Shown: positions 1 through 8,799 of the stretch, one piece after another | Position numbering within the stretch: the first letter of the stretch is position 1 | Layout of the letters: each line of letters opens with the position of its first letter | Assembly (NCBI GenBank): GCA_045645725.1 | Contig: JAZRJG010000014.1 | Location: forward strand, 1 to 58,274 | DNA length: 58,274 nt | DNA from: Candidatus Enterousia sp. | GTDB lineage: Bacteria; Pseudomonadota; Alphaproteobacteria; Rs-D84 | Direction: 5' to 3' | The notes under the pieces: model-generated | The model's input: only the letters and a program-made list of their open reading frames with translations | What the model was told of the DNA's origin: nothing | The model's database searches: none | Translations under genes and position numbers: made by a program

Positions 1-3000
1 TTATCATGGGTTTCACAATTTGCCGACGGCACAGATTATGAATTTAAGGGCATATACGGAGGATCCGACGGCACAATCCAATACTATGACGAATACGGTT
101 CGGTGACAACAACCACCGACCTACCAGCCAACATGACTTTATATGCATTGTTTGAATTGGATGAAACAGATGACGAAGGCGAAGGTGGCGGCACGTCAAT
201 TTGTGTGGACAATGCATTGGAATCGGGGTGCGAATGTGATTCAGAGAATCAGGTGCCAGTAACAGTTGATACAAATACATACTGTGTATCAAACACAATG
301 TATGAGGCATATGAAAGATGTTACGAAGAAGCAGAAGAATGTGTTTCTGGTTTTACATGGGTTATTGACAATAATATGGTTGTAAATAGTATATGCGAAT
401 ATAAATTGGATTGTGTGCCAGGTGGCGGTAACGAAGGTGGTGATGAAGGCGGTAACGAAGGTGGTGATGATACCGGCGGCGATAATGAAGGTGGTAACGA
501 AGGTGGTGATGAAGGCGGTAACGAAGGTGGCGATAATACCGGCGGTGGTAACGAAGGTGGTGATGAAGGCGGTAACGAAGGTGGTAATACCGGCGGCGGT
601 AACGAAGGTGGTGATGAAGGCGGTAACGAAGGTGGCGATAATACCGGCGGCGGTAACGAAGGTGGTGATGAAGGCGGTAACGAAGGTGGTGATGATACCG
701 GCGGCGATAACGAAGGTGGTAATGAAGGTGGTGATGACACCGGCGGCGGTAATGAAGGTGGTAATACCGGCGGTGGTAACGAAGGTGGTAATGAAGGTGG
801 CGAAACGGGCAGCACAGAAGGGAAAGATTGCACGAATCGGGGTGGTACTTGGACCAATGGTGCGTGCGTATATGACGATTCTTTGTCGGTCTGTGGAAAT
901 GCACGCCCAATTGAAAATTGTAAGTGTTATGATGAAACAGCCGAGTTTGTCGTGATAACTGCCTATAAACTGTATCCGTTTAATTCGTCGGAACAACCAA
1001 AGAATTATTGTTATCGGCCGGCTCAATATGATCCCGATATGTTGACTGCATATGAAATGTGTATGGATGCGGCGGAAACGGCCGGCACATATTGGCAATG
1101 GATTGCCGGTGTGCAGGGTGGACAGTGTCGCTGTAAAGGAACGATGTTGGCGCCAAGTGTATCGGATGGCAAATACGTATGTACGTCGGCGGTTGCATGT
1201 CGTGAAAATATGGCCATTGATACGGATTGTCGATGTGCCACTGGCGCGGTGACGGTTGGTGATGCGCGTTATTGTTTGTCGTCGACCAATAAGACAGAAT
1301 ATGATAAATGTATGGCTGTCACGGGTACCGAATGGGATGTGTCGGATGTGTCGAACATGGTGTGCGCATGTACAAATGATAAGTTGGCGTGGAATGGCAC
1401 GAAATGCGCCCAGAAAGCATGTGATGTAAATTCCAAGAAAGATGAATGTTATTGTCCGTCGGATACGACAGAAATAACGATTGGTAATGATGTTTATTGC
1501 TATGATACCCAGACCAAGAATTCTATGCAAACCTGTACAAACGCGGAATTGAAGTGGGATGCAACAGAAACCAAGTGCGAATGCAAGGATGGTCAGTTAT
1601 GGAATGGTTCGGCATGTTTGCCGGAATGTAACGCGGGGGCATACGTTGGGTCATTTGGAACGGTGTCATTTAATGTTGAGCAAGCATCCTGTACATGTCC
1701 AGAATCTTTGGAAAAGGTGGTGTTGGAAAAGAAACATCTGACATATAGTGCGGAAGCGGCTAATAAATTCTATGTGTATGATATTACGACGGTGATTGAT
1801 GCGGTAAGTGATAAGCATACCAATTCGGGTGAAGCATATTGTATAACCAAAGATATGAAGGAAACTATATCGGGATGTACAAGTGCGACGACCTATGCGC
1901 AAAGACCGGGTGAAAGGGGTGAATTTTGTTATGACTATGTTGATGATGCGGTATGCCGTGCTTATGAGTTCAGTTCTGCGCGATTGAATGGGGGGGACTA
2001 TGAATTTATAGCGTCAGATGGAAGCAAGCAAACAACAACAATAACTCAAATGGAAACATGTTGTTTGTTCACGGGTGGTGAAACGTTAAGCATACAAAAA
2101 GATGCGGATCTGAATATTACCAGTGCCAGTTGCCTGTGTGGTGCGCCACAAAATGCGAAATCTTGTGAGTGTAGTGGCAAAGGGTATACAGAAGGTCAAG
2201 TGATATGTACGGAGGCAGATATTGTTAAGTGTGACACGGTTACAGAGCAGATCTTGGAATATGAACAAAGCAGGTTGGCGGGTAATTTGAGCGAAGATGA
2301 GATACCTTTGATTGATCCGAATAAGTATGGGCCAAATTGTAAGCAACGTAATGAAAAGGTGCTGGGTGATTGTTTGGATGGTGAAGATGCGAAGTATTGC
2401 AGTTGTAAATGGGATATGTTTGCTCCAGAAGAAACGTCAAACCGTGCATATTATTGTAAACGATATGATGGTGTGATAAGGAACTGTGGTTCTGGTTATA
2501 CGAATAATTGTTATTGTCGTGTGGGAGAAGAAATTGTTGGGTATTTGGGGACAAGACAAAAATTCTTTTGTTATAATACGCCGGCGCGTGATCCGGGTGA
2601 TGACAGAGGAGGGGATTATTATCCAGAGTTAGATATGCATGTTCCGTATTGCAGTGATATTGTATTTGATTCAAATGGCAAAAATGGTACATATAGATAT
2701 CCTAAGGAGGGTGTTGCGGTAAACAAGATTGAAAATGCGGAATATTGTGGTGATGGGGATCCTACGAAATGCAATTGTGCGGCCCAAGGGAAGTACTTGG
2801 CGGGATGTATTGTGCCATATGAAGAGATGCCAAATGCTTTGGGATATGCGTGTATGGATAGAGCGGAGTATTATGGGTATAAAGCGTATGTTTCACAAGT
2901 TGCAAAGAAAATCAAAAGTTTGTGTCCAGATGGTCCAGATTATCCGGATAGATGTGATTGTGACACCACCGGTGGTACGGAAATTGAATTTTCTGAGGCA

Positions 3001-5127
3001 TTATCGTCAGTGACAGAATATTGTACGTCGAAAGGAAAGCAAGATGCCTTGAAGGCAAAGAAGGAGGAATGTGAAAGCAGTGGTGGTGTGGCGTCTTATG
3101 TATATCAAAGTACCGACCATGTGGTTAATGATAATTCGCACATATTTGCGACGAAACAAATTACGGACGTTGAGTGTGATTGTGGGGAAGGTTTTTTGAC
3201 CGAAAAAGGTACATGTGATTTGTCGGGGTATTATATGTGTTCCGTGCCGACCAGTATCGTAAATGTTGCGGGTAACTATGGGACATGGCATACATGTCCA
3301 GATGGTTATAGTATGGATTGGGATACGTACTATTGTGTATCTGATACAGATCCTAGCGTTAAGCAATTCAGTACGATCACGGATAAATGTGGTTGCAGTT
3401 CTGGAACGACGGCTTTGGATGCGGGTGGTAATGAGGTTGTAATAACTTCTTATGATGCTGTACAATGTCAATGCGATATGACCGAGGGAGAGGTTCATAG
3501 TGCAGATATGCAGTCGTGCGTATGTCCGGCGAATATGGGACGTAAGTATTCGTCGTATGGTGCGTGTCAATGCTTGTTTGGTGATACGACCTGTCCGGCG
3601 GGTACGAATGTGTATAATGGCAATCCACATTATTGTATGCCAGAGGGTAGTAGTGACATAAGTGCTTTGGTTGCGGCATCATGTTCATGTCCGGTTGGTC
3701 AATTGGTTATGGATACGGTGGAAATACCATGGGCGTCGATGTATGGATCTAATAGCCCATTTCGGTGGTATAAAAATAGATTGTTGAATGCAGGGTGGAG
3801 AGATTGTGACGGTTATGATGATTATTATCTGTCTGGTAATTGGTATAAGGGTTCTACATATACGGATAATAAAGCTGAAGAGTATTGCTTGGCAGATGGT
3901 AATACGTTATCTGAGTGTCAAGAAGAGTATTTGAATAGTTATAAAGCCAGATGCGTCGAAATTGGCAGAACAAATTGTGATGAGGAGATAGATTGGTTAA
4001 GAGAACAAAGGGAATTATGTAAACAAAACGTAGAGGAAGGCAAAGATGTAGAGGTGGAATGTACATTTGGAGAAATATTCGCTTGGAAAGATGTCAGAGA
4101 TAGATGTATTCGTACAAAAGCGTCGGATAGTATATATGCTAATCCTTACTTGGCGATAATAGATCCGACTATATCGTTGCATGATTTCTTGGGCAGTTGT
4201 TTGGTGAATGTTTCGGAATTTCATTCGTCGTATAGCAGCGATACGTGTCCCGGAGGAGGATGGTGGGCGTTTGCAAGTGATAATCGTTCTTGTCAGGGGC
4301 CGGAACCTTTATCCCATTATGTGTATTTAAGGGATAAGGACGGCAACCATGTTAAGAATAATTTTGGTCAGCCATATGTTATGTCGGCCGGTTTGGGTGT
4401 GGTATTTGATTTCCGTACTGGAAAGTTTAAGTGTGATGCCACAAATGGTTTTGAAATACCAAAAACCACGTATATCTCAGAGAGTTATGATTCGCCCGCT
4501 ATTATGGTGGCCAATTTGTTGGAAACTGGCTTTAGCGTTAAAACTTCTTATGGTGAAAGCAGCTATGATCCAAATGGCCCAATGTATGTTAATGAATTAA
4601 CAGTAGAAAATGGAAAATTAGTGCCTTTGTCAGAGGAAGATACAAAATGGCAGGCCGGTAAAACGACGTATGGGATGTCGTATGCAGATGTTATGACGAA
4701 TTATGGGACCGCGTTCCCCGGTGATTTGCGTTGCGGGTGTACGGAAGGTACGTATTTAGATAGTACCACGGGAACATGTGTAGCGCGCTCGGTATGTGAG
4801 CAGAAGGGGTTGAGTGTGTATCCCAACGGTTTTGAAAATTATGGTGTTGGGGGCTATAGTAATGTGCACATACCTATGTGTGTGAAAGTGATTCAGTCCT
4901 GTAGCATAGAAACGGATAATATGGGTAATATAACGAAAAACATGGGTTGTCCAGAACCTGATGATGCCAACCCTTGGCAGCAGGTGGAATTGGGTGATGG
5001 GTATATGTATACGAGTGATAAGGGTGGTTATGTTGTTAGTGCGACTAATGCAAGCGGAACCACATATGTGTATTTTTATTGGCCAGAGCAATATAAAGCG
5101 ATATTGGAATCCAACGAAATATATTAA
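1..5127 (+). CDS. giant secreted cysteine-rich modular protein, 5'-partial (frame open to the left window edge)
   Basis: Frame 1 has no stop from nt 1 to the TAA at 5125-5127. The track's start at 103 is an internal GTG. About one residue in ten is Cys outside the linker in the parts I counted. Recurring CxC-(8-15)-YC-(8-15)-C modules are present. The coding strand is G+T rich and a hairpin terminator follows. Confidence 0.85.
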   Translation, partial: LSWVSQFADGTDYEFKGIYGGSDGTIQYYDEYGSVTTTTDLPANMTLYALFELDETDDEGEGGGTSICVDNALESGCECDSENQVPVTVDTNTYCVSNTMYEAYERCYEEAEECVSGFTWVIDNNMVVNSICEYKLDCVPGGGNEGGDEGGNEGGDDTGGDNEGGNEGGDEGGNEGGDNTGGGNEGGDEGGNEGGNTGGGNEGGDEGGNEGGDNTGGGNEGGDEGGNEGGDDTGGDNEGGNEGGDDTGGGNEGGNTGGGNEGGNEGGETGSTEGKDCTNRGGTWTNGACVYDDSLSVCGNARPIENCKCYDETAEFVVITAYKLYPFNSSEQPKNYCYRPAQYDPDMLTAYEMCMDAAETAGTYWQWIAGVQGGQCRCKGTMLAPSVSDGKYVCTSAVACRENMAIDTDCRCATGAVTVGDARYCLSSTNKTEYDKCMAVTGTEWDVSDVSNMVCACTNDKLAWNGTKCAQKACDVNSKKDECYCPSDTTEITIGNDVYCYDTQTKNSMQTCTNAELKWDATETKCECKDGQLWNGSACLPECNAGAYVGSFGTVSFNVEQASCTCPESLEKVVLEKKHLTYSAEAANKFYVYDITTVIDAVSDKHTNSGEAYCITKDMKETISGCTSATTYAQRPGERGEFCYDYVDDAVCRAYEFSSARLNGGDYEFIASDGSKQTTTITQMETCCLFTGGETLSIQKDADLNITSASCLCGAPQNAKSCECSGKGYTEGQVICTEADIVKCDTVTEQILEYEQSRLAGNLSEDEIPLIDPNKYGPNCKQRNEKVLGDCLDGEDAKYCSCKWDMFAPEETSNRAYYCKRYDGVIRNCGSGYTNNCYCRVGEEIVGYLGTRQKFFCYNTPARDPGDDRGGDYYPELDMHVPYCSDIVFDSNGKNGTYRYPKEGVAVNKIENAEYCGDGDPTKCNCAAQGKYLAGCIVPYEEMPNALGYACMDRAEYYGYKAYVSQVAKKIKSLCPDGPDYPDRCDCDTTGGTEIEFSEALSSVTEYCTSKGKQDALKAKKEECESSGGVASYVYQSTDHVVNDNSHIFATKQITDVECDCGEGFLTEKGTCDLSGYYMCSVPTSIVNVAGNYGTWHTCPDGYSMDWDTYYCVSDTDPSVKQFSTITDKCGCSSGTTALDAGGNEVVITSYDAVQCQCDMTEGEVHSADMQSCVCPANMGRKYSSYGACQCLFGDTTCPAGTNVYNGNPHYCMPEGSSDISALVAASCSCPVGQLVMDTVEIPWASMYGSNSPFRWYKNRLLNAGWRDCDGYDDYYLSGNWYKGSTYTDNKAEEYCLADGNTLSECQEEYLNSYKARCVEIGRTNCDEEIDWLREQRELCKQNVEEGKDVEVECTFGEIFAWKDVRDRCIRTKASDSIYANPYLAIIDPTISLHDFLGSCLVNVSEFHSSYSSDTCPGGGWWAFASDNRSCQGPEPLSHYVYLRDKDGNHVKNNFGQPYVMSAGLGVVFDFRTGKFKCDATNGFEIPKTTYISESYDSPAIMVANLLETGFSVKTSYGESSYDPNGPMYVNELTVENGKLVPLSEEDTKWQAGKTTYGMSYADVMTNYGTAFPGDLRCGCTEGTYLDSTTGTCVARSVCEQKGLSVYPNGFENYGVGGYSNVHIPMCVKVIQSCSIETDNMGNITKNMGCPEPDDANPWQQVELGDGYMYTSDKGGYVVSATNASGTTYVYFYWPEQYKAILESNEIY
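421..807 (+). repeat. in-frame nested tandem repeat (12-nt units ggtaacgaaggt/ggtgatgaaggc, higher-order ~60 nt) encoding a GGNEGGDEGGNEGGD(D/N)TGG linker
   Basis: Direct reading of near-identical 12-nt units repeated about 30 times. The translation is a pure Gly/Asn/Glu/Asp/Thr low-complexity tract. Confidence 0.95.
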
Positions 5128-5142
5128 TCGGGTATTTGCCAG

Positions 5143-5167
5143 TCACCCCGAAAGGGGTGATTTTATT
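5143..5167 (+). terminator. rho-independent terminator after the giant gene
   Basis: TCACCCC-GAAA-GGGGTGA stem-loop followed by TTTTATT. Confidence 0.7.
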
Positions 5168-5234
5168 CCGGTTGTGTTTTTGTTGTTGGGGCGGTATAAT
5201 GGTATGTGTAAAATGAATGGCTGGGGGTGACAAT

Positions 5235-5549
5235 ATGAAAAAATTGTTGGCTGTGTTGGCGGTGTTTTTATGTATGGGGGCGGCAAATGCTTATCAGGTT
5301 TTGTCGTCCAAAGAATTGGGGCGTGGAGACGCCAAAAATCAAAATGTTGTGGTAAAATGCACAACCGATACAGGTAAAATTTCAAATCAAACGTGTTCGT
5401 TGCGCCGATATGTAAAATGCGCGGGAACGGGGGAAAATAAACGATGTGCCGGTTGGTTGCCATGGCGGGATTTGCAAAATCCGTCTAAGCAATATGCCGA
5501 TTGGAAATCGGCGGCGTCCGCATGTTGTCGTGCCAAGGGATTGAGATAA
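5235..5549 (+). CDS. small secreted cysteine-rich protein (104 aa)
   Basis: ATG preceded by a GGGGGTGA ribosome-binding site. N-terminal signal peptide MKKLLAVLAVFLCMGAANA. The mature part has 7 Cys. A terminator follows. Confidence 0.7.
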   Translation: MKKLLAVLAVFLCMGAANAYQVLSSKELGRGDAKNQNVVVKCTTDTGKISNQTCSLRRYVKCAGTGENKRCAGWLPWRDLQNPSKQYADWKSAASACCRAKGLR

Positions 5550-5550
5550 T

Positions 5551-5577
5551 AAAAAAACCGCCGTTCGGTGGTTTTTC
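5551..5577. terminator. bidirectional terminator between convergent genes
   Basis: A-run, CCGCC-GTTC-GGTGG hairpin, then a T-run. It sits between the small Cys gene (+) and rnhA (-). Confidence 0.6.
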
Positions 5578-6009
5578 TTATTTGTCAATGCTTTCCGCCG
5601 CCGTGCGTGCCAATGTGTCAACACGTTCGTTCATTTCGTCGCCATTGTGGCCACGTACCCAGAACCAATGTATCCGCTTGGTCGATGCCAATTCGTCCAA
5701 TTGCATCCACAGGTCTTGATTTTTAACGGGCTTTTTATCCGCAGTACGCCAATTGTTTTTCTTCCAATTTTTTACCCACGATTGCATGCCGTTTTTGACG
5801 TATTGACTGTCGGTGTGGATTTCCAATTCGTCATGATTGCGGGCCGCCGTTAATGCACGGATTACCGCCATTAATTCCATGCGGTTGTTCGTTGTGTTCG
5901 ATTCGCCGCCGCTGCGTTCGGCGACGTTTTTCCCGTCCGTCGCAACAAAACCCCAACCCCCACGTCCGGGGTTGCCAAGACAACTGCCGTCTGTCCAAAT
6001 TTTTAACAT
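5578..6009 (-). CDS. rnhA: ribonuclease HI
   Basis: 143 aa. TDGSCLGNPG...GGWG, NNRMEL, TDSQYV and WVRGHNGDEMNERVDTLA are typical RNase H motifs. Confidence 0.93.
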   Translation of the reverse strand: MLKIWTDGSCLGNPGRGGWGFVATDGKNVAERSGGESNTTNNRMELMAVIRALTAARNHDELEIHTDSQYVKNGMQSWVKNWKKNNWRTADKKPVKNQDLWMQLDELASTKRIHWFWVRGHNGDEMNERVDTLARTAAESIDK

Positions 6010-6027
6010 TTTTTTTCGTCCTTTTTA

Positions 6028-6036
6028 TGATATAAT
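6028..6036 (+). promoter_or_regulatory. extended -10 promoter element (TGaTATAAT) directly upstream of tkt
   Basis: TGATATAAT ends 7 nt before the tkt ATG at 6044. There is no Shine-Dalgarno sequence in between, and the whole divergent intergenic region is only 34 bp. Confidence 0.4.
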
Positions 6037-6043
6037 ACCATAC

Positions 6044-7825
6044 ATGAACTATAATTCCAAAGATTTAAAAGAAATGGCAAATGCGGTGCGCGCGTGGGCA
6101 CTGCATGCGGTGCATATGGCGCATAGTGGCCATATCGGTATTGTGTTGGGTGCGGCGGATATCTTGACCGTGCTGTATTCGTGTTTCCTGCGTCGCGGAC
6201 GGGACAGATTCGTTATGTCCGCGGGGCATGGCAGTGCGCTGTTGTATTCTGTGCTGAAAATGGCGGGGTACGATGTGGGGGAATTGTCCACTTTTCGTCG
6301 TGTCGGTGGATTGCCGGGGCATCCGGAATATGGCGTCGCAGGTGTTGACGCAACGACCGGACCACTGGGGCAGGGGGTTGCAAATGCCGTCGGTATGGCG
6401 TTGGCAGAAAAAATCAAAAAGACCGATGGACGGGTTTATTGCCTGTGTTCCGATGGTGATTTAATGGAAGGTGTCGCGCAAGAGGCAATCGCATTCGCAG
6501 GACGATATAAGTTAGATAATCTGATTTTAATGTGGGATGATAATGGGGTTACTATCGATGGCGTCGCCCAGACAGATATGGATGTGCCGGCACGTATGCG
6601 GGCGGCGGGATGGCGGACGTTGTCAACCGTTGGGGATAATTTTGTGCAAATTAATCGTGCGCTGAATTCTGCGTTGCTGTCGGATGGGCCGGTCTTTATT
6701 CAATGCAAAACCGAAATTGGTGCGCAGTCCAGTTTGGCCGGAAAATCGGCGGCACATGGCTTGGCATTGAAAGATGCAGAAATGATGCAGTTGATAAAAC
6801 AATTTGTGTCGCCAATCGGTGAAGAATTGTGGCGTAATGTTGAAATGGAACAGGTGCCGTTTGTCGCAACGGTTGCGCCGGTGGTGGTGCCAAATGTGTC
6901 GATGCCTGTGGTTGGAGGCGCAATTTCTACGCGTGAATTGTCCGGTTTATATCTGCAAGAATTGTTAAGCGCCGGTGCAAATGTTATTGGGGGCAGTGCG
7001 GATTTGGGCGGCAGTACCAGTGTCAAAGTCGCCGCGGCACGTGTAATCGGTGCAGATGATTTTTCGGGAAATTATATTAACTATGGTGTGCGTGAACATG
7101 CAATGGGCGCGATTATGAACGGTTTGGCGTTGTCGGGTTTGCGCGCCTTTGGTTCAACGTTCTTGGTGTTCAGTGATTATATGCGGCCCAGCATGCGTGT
7201 CGCGGCGTTGTCCGGTTTGCCGGTTGTGTATGTGTTAACGCACGACAGCATTGCCGTCGGTGAAGATGGGCCAACACATCAGCCGGTTGAACAATTGCCG
7301 TCTTTGCGTATGATGCCGAATTTAAATGTGTTTCGTCCATGTAATGCGGTCGAAGTTGTCTGGGCATGGCGACGCGCGTTGCGTGAAGAGCATAAACCCA
7401 CGGCAATTGTTTTGTCGCGTCAAAAGTTTGTCCAAGTGCCAACGCCTTTGGGGGCGGAAATATCCCGTGGTGCATATATAATACGCCCGTCCGAATCGGG
7501 GCGTGTGCGGGTGACATTGTTGGCAACGGGCAGTGAGGTGCCTTTGGCTGTGCGCGTTGCAGAACGATTGGGGCGTGATGTTCAGGTTGTATCTGTGCCG
7601 TCGGTTGCGGATTTCCGTGCGCAAAATATGGAATATAAAAGCCGTATGTTATCCGGATTTGTCGTTGCGATAGAGGCCGCGGCCAGTGCGCCTTGGTTCG
7701 AATTTGCCGATGCAGTTGTGGGAATTGATAAATTTGGCGCGTCGGGACCAGGAGATGAAATATATTCTATGGCCGGATTTAACGTTGATGCCATTGTGCG
7801 GGATATTAAAAATCAATTAAAGTAA
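6044..7825 (+). CDS. tkt: transketolase
   Basis: The 594 aa version starts at MNYNSKDL. The upstream part of the track ORF overlaps rnhA in antisense. Motifs present: SGHIG, GHGS, GPLGQG, and the DG..MEG thiamine-diphosphate site. Confidence 0.93.
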   Translation: MNYNSKDLKEMANAVRAWALHAVHMAHSGHIGIVLGAADILTVLYSCFLRRGRDRFVMSAGHGSALLYSVLKMAGYDVGELSTFRRVGGLPGHPEYGVAGVDATTGPLGQGVANAVGMALAEKIKKTDGRVYCLCSDGDLMEGVAQEAIAFAGRYKLDNLILMWDDNGVTIDGVAQTDMDVPARMRAAGWRTLSTVGDNFVQINRALNSALLSDGPVFIQCKTEIGAQSSLAGKSAAHGLALKDAEMMQLIKQFVSPIGEELWRNVEMEQVPFVATVAPVVVPNVSMPVVGGAISTRELSGLYLQELLSAGANVIGGSADLGGSTSVKVAAARVIGADDFSGNYINYGVREHAMGAIMNGLALSGLRAFGSTFLVFSDYMRPSMRVAALSGLPVVYVLTHDSIAVGEDGPTHQPVEQLPSLRMMPNLNVFRPCNAVEVVWAWRRALREEHKPTAIVLSRQKFVQVPTPLGAEISRGAYIIRPSESGRVRVTLLATGSEVPLAVRVAERLGRDVQVVSVPSVADFRAQNMEYKSRMLSGFVVAIEAAASAPWFEFADAVVGIDKFGASGPGDEIYSMAGFNVDAIVRDIKNQLK

Positions 7826-8524
7826 ATGTCGGATTATGTTTTTACTTTGTCGTCGGGTGTTGAGGTGCCGGTTGTAATCACTACAAGACGTGGGTTACGT
7901 AATATTACTTTGCGGCCAAAAACACGGCCAAAACGTGAAATACATATATCAAAACCTTGGTTGGTGTCAAATGCGGCAGCGATAAAATTTTTATTAAGCA
8001 AGCAAAAGTGGGTGGATGGAATTTTTTTGAAATCCCCCGATAAAATACAGTTAAAATCGGGGCAATATATTGAGTTTCTGGGGCGGCGGGTAAAGTTGGT
8101 GCATGATGAAACCATGCGTTCAAATCGTATGGATGATGCGATGGGTGTTTTAACGATTGGTGGTGCGGCCGATATGTTTGAACGTCGTGTGCGTGACTTT
8201 GTCAAAGCGGAATTTTTGCAGGAATTAAAAGTTATGGTGCGTTCGGCACCACGTGAATTCTGGCCGCAACGTATTGCGATTCGTGATACAACCACCCGTT
8301 GGGGCAGTTGTTCAACCACCGGTACAATGTCTTTTTCGTGGCGTTTGGCGTTCGCGCCAAAAGAGGTTATGCGCTATGTTGTAATGCATGAATTGGCGCA
8401 CACGCGTCATATGGATCATTCGCCGGAATTTTGGGCGACTGTGCGTGAACTGTATGGTTTTGGTGTGGAACGGGCCAAGCGTTGGTTGGCGCAAAACGGC
8501 GGTCAATTACATCAGTATTTTTAA
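7826..8524 (+). CDS. YgjP/DUF45-like zinc metallohydrolase
   Basis: 232 aa. The C-terminal HELAHTRHMDHSPEFW (HExxH) motif and its context match the YgjP family. The ATG directly abuts the tkt stop. Confidence 0.75.
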   Translation: MSDYVFTLSSGVEVPVVITTRRGLRNITLRPKTRPKREIHISKPWLVSNAAAIKFLLSKQKWVDGIFLKSPDKIQLKSGQYIEFLGRRVKLVHDETMRSNRMDDAMGVLTIGGAADMFERRVRDFVKAEFLQELKVMVRSAPREFWPQRIAIRDTTTRWGSCSTTGTMSFSWRLAFAPKEVMRYVVMHELAHTRHMDHSPEFWATVRELYGFGVERAKRWLAQNGGQLHQYF

Positions 8525-8561
8525 TTTGATATGCTGTATGAATTTCCGAAATTTTATATTG

Positions 8562-8590
8562 TTGAAGTTTGTCGGATATTGGGTTATAAT
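8562..8590 (+). promoter_or_regulatory. sigma70-type promoter (TTGAAG-N17-TATAAT)
   Basis: Near-consensus hexamers with 17-nt spacing, about 210 nt upstream of the next start codon. Confidence 0.5.
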
Positions 8591-8596
8591 GTTTGT

Positions 8597-8799
8597 GTTG
8601 TGGTATTTTGCCATAATGGGGTGTAGAAGCCCGTGAAACTGGTGTCGTAATTATTACGGCAGAATCTCTCCAATCGTTGGGTTGGAGGGGTGTGAATAAT
8701 GTGCCGATAATGCACAGAATAAGCACACTATACCAGTTTATAGCTTCTAACCTCCAACCACTTGAATTTTTTCGGTGGTTTTTTGTTTATGGGGGTTGT
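8597..8799 (+). promoter_or_regulatory. long structured 5' leader with mutually exclusive stems and a terminator-like hairpin (riboswitch/attenuator-like, class unknown)
   Basis: GGTTGGAGG (8680-8688) pairs with CCTCCAACC (8751-8759). AACCAC (8756-8761) can instead pair with GTGGTT (8775-8780), which is followed by TTTT. A GGGGG ribosome-binding site and the ATG follow. Confidence 0.35.

Noticed and set aside
289-1530. 413-aa minus-strand ORF, plus several 70-180-aa ORFs on both strands across 321-1252
   Set aside because: These lie antisense or out of frame to the giant Cys-rich gene. Their translations are low-complexity mirror images of the Gly/Asn/Glu repeat (poly TTF/ITT, PPSL, HHLRYR).
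8600-8700. Cobalamin riboswitch, suggested by GAAGCCCGTGAAACTGG resembling the GGTGAAAATCC core
   Set aside because: No B12 box (GCCACTG-like) or the other conserved junction sequences were found by eye, and the downstream genes are not cobalamin-related. It is kept only as an unclassified structured leader.
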